A stretch of 64,000 nucleotides of DNA from the human T2T-CHM13v2.0 reference genome, Homo sapiens. A model generated the notes under the pieces. That model had not been told where the DNA came from, ran no database searches, and saw only the letters and a program-made list of their open reading frames with translations. The position numbers were made by a program, and so were the translations under genes. The stretch lies in NCBI RefSeq assembly GCF_009914755.1, contig NC_060925.1; one strand, 5' to 3'. Shown piece by piece: positions 59,159 to 64,000 of this stretch (positions within the stretch are counted from its first letter, which is position 1; every line of letters begins with the position of its first letter).

Positions 59159-60988
59159 TAAAGTGCTAGGACTACAGGCGTGAGCCACCATGTCCAACCT
59201 GTAGTTTTGTTTTTTTTTTGAATGAAGGTTTTTAATGTTATATGTTGTATAAAATTAATGCATTAATTTATTATTATGAAATCAAAACAACCCTACCTTA
59301 CCCCGAAAATAACACCTGTAGGTTTTTGTCAGTTGTCAGATGGGCATCTTGCTATGTTGCCCAGGCCGGTTTCAAACTCTTGGAGCTCAAGCTACCTTCT
59401 GCCTCAGCCTCTAGAGCAGCTAAGACTACAAGTGTGCACCACCATGTCCAGCTTAGGTGTCAGTTTGATATGAGTCAGTAGCATAAGTAGTAAAGAAAAC
59501 CTAAGGGGGCCTTGGGCTCTCCTACGGTCCAGGTCTACAAGCAAGCAGGTAATGGTTTAGTTCTATTTGGCTTGGTGAGGCCACATCTGGACCAAAGTTA
59601 GACAGGCACACTGACACATTTGAGCTCATCCAGAGAGTAGACAAGGTGATGCCAGGAGTCCACACTATGTCAAGGAGGACTAGCTAAAGGGAGGGAAAAT
59701 GTTTAGGCTAGTAGATGTAGAAAGAGGTGGTCCTCAAACTCTTGACGTTTTCATGAGGGTGAAGATAGTAGATTTCAAGACACTGGAGTTATTCAAGAGA
59801 CTAAATATTCACTTTCCAGGGATACTGTGAAAAAGATTCACTGAGGAGGCATTCGTTGGAACTAGATTTTTTTTTTTTTTAAGAGACAGGGTTCTGCTGT
59901 GTTACCCAGGCTGGTCTCTAACTCCTAAGCTCAAGAGATCCGCTTGCCTCAGCCTGCCAAAGTGATGGGATTACAGGGTAAGCCACGTGCCTGGCCTGGA
60001 ACTAGATTATCTTAAAGTTAGTTTCCAACTAACTTTATTTCAATTTATTTCAAGTTTCCTTGAAATAAATTGAGTTTTCAATTTATTTCTGGTTCCTTGG
60101 CCTCAACCAGATTTATTGAAATTTAAGTCCCTAAAACTGTCTTTTGTTTTATTATAGAGAGGATATTAACCAGAAGGTTACATACTACAATCTGGAAGGA
60201 ATAATCTCAATATCATGAGTGCCAATTAAGTGCCTCAGAGAATACAAAGGTGACCATAACTGGAATGCTTAACAAGTACCAACTGAAGAAATGTAATGAA
60301 AATTAAAGTTTAATTTGTTTTCCCCTGTCTCTGCACAATTTATTTCAGTGGGAGAGGTTTTCCTCAGATGTGGATCACCTTTAGGTAATAGTCTTTGCAA
60401 CCACTTTAAGTAGCAAAACATACTCTTGGTCCGAAATATATTAACACATCAATTTTCATCATAGGTAAGAATCTCTCTACCCCACAGCTAGGGTCAACAG
60501 AGCCAGCCAGCTCGCCTCTGTGAAAGAGGGGGTAGTTGGCTTCTCTCCTTTTGCTACACTGATATTTCTAGGAATGGGGCAGAATGAAGAGGAAGGGTTA
60601 TTAGTGGCTTCATGCTGTCTAGGCCTGGCTGATGTTAAGAATTATCTCATGAGCATTTGTATGGCTCCATCAGAGGCTTCCCTGGGGGCGCTTTCCAAAG
60701 GCAGTGGCAACTTCCTGAAGTGAGGTGATGTATTCTATTTCTATAGCCACCACTCTCTCATTATCCTTTTGTTTTCCAGTGTTCTTTTCCACATGAAGAG
60801 CCCCACTATGCATCCAGGCAGTTCTCTTGAGTAGGATTTAAACTGGCTCCACACATGGTCCACAGGATTCATGTATATCTGACCGTTTATCAGAAGCCAG
60901 TGTGGTGACTTCCAGGATGTGACTCTCTACTTTGTTACATCAGGCTCTGTTGTTAGTCAGCTTTTGCCTTGAAATTCCTCTACCGTGA

Positions 60989-61229
<241 letters not shown>

Positions 61230-61633
61230 TAGCTGGGACTACAGGCACCCGTCACCGCGCCTGGCTAATTTTTTTTATTTTTAGTAGAGACGGGGTTTCA
61301 CCATGTTAGCCAGGCTAGTCTCGAACTCCTAACCTCAGGTGACCTGCCCGCCTCAGCTTCCCAAAGTGCTGGGATTACAGGCGTCAGCCACCTCACCTGG
61401 CCCTTCCCCACCTCTTCTCTTTGGGATTGAATAGGGCTCACAGCATGGTAGTAGCTCTCTCCAAAGAAAGCTCTTTTATAAACCCAATCTCCGCTTTTTT
61501 GTTGTTGTTTTTTTTTTTTTTTTTTGAGACAGGGTCTCACTCTGTGGCCCAGGCTGAAGTGCAGTGGTATGATGATGGCTCATGGCAGCCTCAAACTCCT
61601 GGCTCATGTGATCCACCTGCCTCAGCCTCCTGA

Positions 61634-61903
<270 letters not shown>

Positions 61904-62015
61904 TGATGACCTCAAGTGATCCGCCTGCCTCAGCCTCCCAAAGTGCTGGGATTACAGGCATGAGCCTCTGCCCCTGGCTTTTTAATTTTTTCAAATTTTT
62001 TATTTTTTTTTTTGA

Positions 62016-62201
<186 letters not shown>

Positions 62202-63634
62202 TGAGCAGGATGGTCTCGATCTCTTGACCTCGTGATCCGCCCACCTTGGCCTCCCAAAGTGCTGGGATTACAGGCTTGAGCCACTGCGCCCGGCCTAATT
62301 TTTTAATTTTTTTGTGGAGACAAGGTCTCACCATGTTGCCCAGGTTGGTCTTGAACTAGCCTGAAGTGATCCTCCCACCTCAGCCTCCCAAAGTGCTAGG
62401 ATTACAAGAGTAAGCCACTGCATCTGGCCTTCTATCTTCACTTTTCATACTCTTGAAATGGGTGAGGGGGTTCAAGAGTTGTGCAACTGGTTCTTGGTAA
62501 GTTCCTTTAAAATACTGCATTTACATCTGCTGTCTCCCTTTGGAGTTTCATATCTATTAGATCTTGATACCCCAGCTGAAACATCCAGTTTAAGATTTTG
62601 TTAAGTATAAAACATAATCTGCTTTATCAATCCTGCTTTAAATCTTCCCTCATTCCTTATCTGAGGCTATGTGATTTAGTCACACCTCACAAGCCAAGCC
62701 CTAGGCCTAGGCCATCAAGTTGGTATGGCATGATCTGGTCATGCTCTCCTTTACTGATAAAGAAAACCAAGCTAAGGCCAAGGGCTCACTATAACAAACC
62801 TACTGCCCATGAGAGGGATAAATCAGGAGTCCCTCTTGGCTCCAAACCTAGTTCTCTATACGGATGTATACAGAGCAAAGTGATTTGGTCAAGTAGCCAT
62901 GGGCTTTGGAGTCTGTCATTTATCAAGTGATCTTAGATGAATTATCTTTTCTCAGCTTCATTACAATTTTGTAAAATAGGGCCGGGCGCCGTGGCTCAAC
63001 CCTGTGGGCATAAGCCTTTGGGAGGCTGAGGCGGGCAGATCACTTGAGGTCAGGAGTTCGACAGCTTGGCCAACATGGTGAAACTCCATCTCTACTAAAA
63101 ATACAAAAATAAGCCAGGTGTGGTTGCGGGTGCCCATAATCCCAGCTACTTGGGAGGCTGAGGTAGAATAGAACTGTTTGAACCCGGGAGGTGGAGGTTG
63201 CACTGAACCGAGATTGCACTACTGCACTCTAGCCTGGATGTTAGACTGAGACTCTGTCTCAAATTAAAAAAAAAAAAATTATAAAATAGCCTCACCTTTC
63301 AATTTGAAATTTATTTATTTATTTTTTGAGACGGAGTTTCCCTTTTGTCGCCTAGCCTAAAGTGCAATGCCACAATCTCAGCTCACTGCAACCTCCTGCC
63401 TCCTGGGTTCAAGCAATTCTCCTACCTCAGCCTCCCGAGTAGCTGGGATTACAGGTGTGCGTCACCACCAGCTAATTTTTGTATTTTTAGTAGAGACAGG
63501 GTTTTACCATGTTGACCAGGCTGGTCTCAATCTCCTGACCTCAGGTGATCTACCCGCCTTGGCCTCCCAAAGTGCTGGGATTGTGGGCATGAGCCACCAT
63601 GCCCAGCCTGAAATTTATTTATTTTTTTTAAAGT

Positions 63635-63708
63635 CAGTCTCTGTAGAGACTGTCAAAAATTGCCAATGCCAACTATATTGTAAGTTACCACAGTGGGATA
63701 TGTGAAAA
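63635..63708 (-). pseudogene. U4 snRNA 3'-half retropseudogene
   Basis: Reverse strand matches the U4 3' domain including the Sm site (ggcattggcaatttttgacagtctctacagagactg), followed by an A-rich tail. Confidence 0.88.
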
Positions 63709-64000
63709 TTCTTTTTTTTTTTTTTTTGAGACATGGTCTCACTCCATCACCCAGGCTGGAGTGCAGTGGCAAGATCACAGTTCACTGCAACCTCGACTTC
63801 ACGGGCTCAAGTGAGCCTTCCATGGCATGTGCCACCATGTCTGGCTAACTTTTTGTAAAGACGGGGTCTCTCTAAGTTGCCTAAGCTGGTCTCAAAACTC
63901 TTAGACTCAAGGGATCTGCCTGCCTTGGCCTCCCAAAGTGCTGGGATAACAGGTGTGAGCCACTGGGCCTGGCCCAACAGAAACCTTTTCTTTTTTTCTT

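Overview
Human genomic DNA (human-specific AluYb8 and L1HS elements are present), recognisable as the chr1q21 ADAMTSL4-MCL1 locus. ADAMTSL4 lies on the + strand (CpG-island promoter ~4.9-5.9 kb). Its 17 coding exons (8316-16230) join by hand into 3225 nt = 1074 aa + stop. There is also a 69-nt in-frame cassette exon, an intronic-polyA 877-aa isoform and intronic MIR4257. MCL1 lies on the - strand (3 coding exons, 35555-33399, 350 aa; 3'UTR to ~30575). Between the two convergent genes are the ADAMTSL4-AS1/C1orf138 region, a second CpG-rich island and two duplicated 7SL pseudogenes. The right 28 kb has no recognisable gene and is extremely Alu-dense. I found no new protein-coding system, and nearly all of the ORF track is Alu, GC-rich or antisense shadow. 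The most interesting signals are a complete HERV-H (LTR7) solo LTR ~1.1 kb upstream of MCL1 and co-oriented with it, a ~70-bp L1HS insertion, two sites hit three times in succession by Alus, a local 7SL-plus-flank duplication, an 85-bp promoter duplication, and shared or TE-derived polyA signals. Gene, variant and repeat names come from recall, not from a database search.
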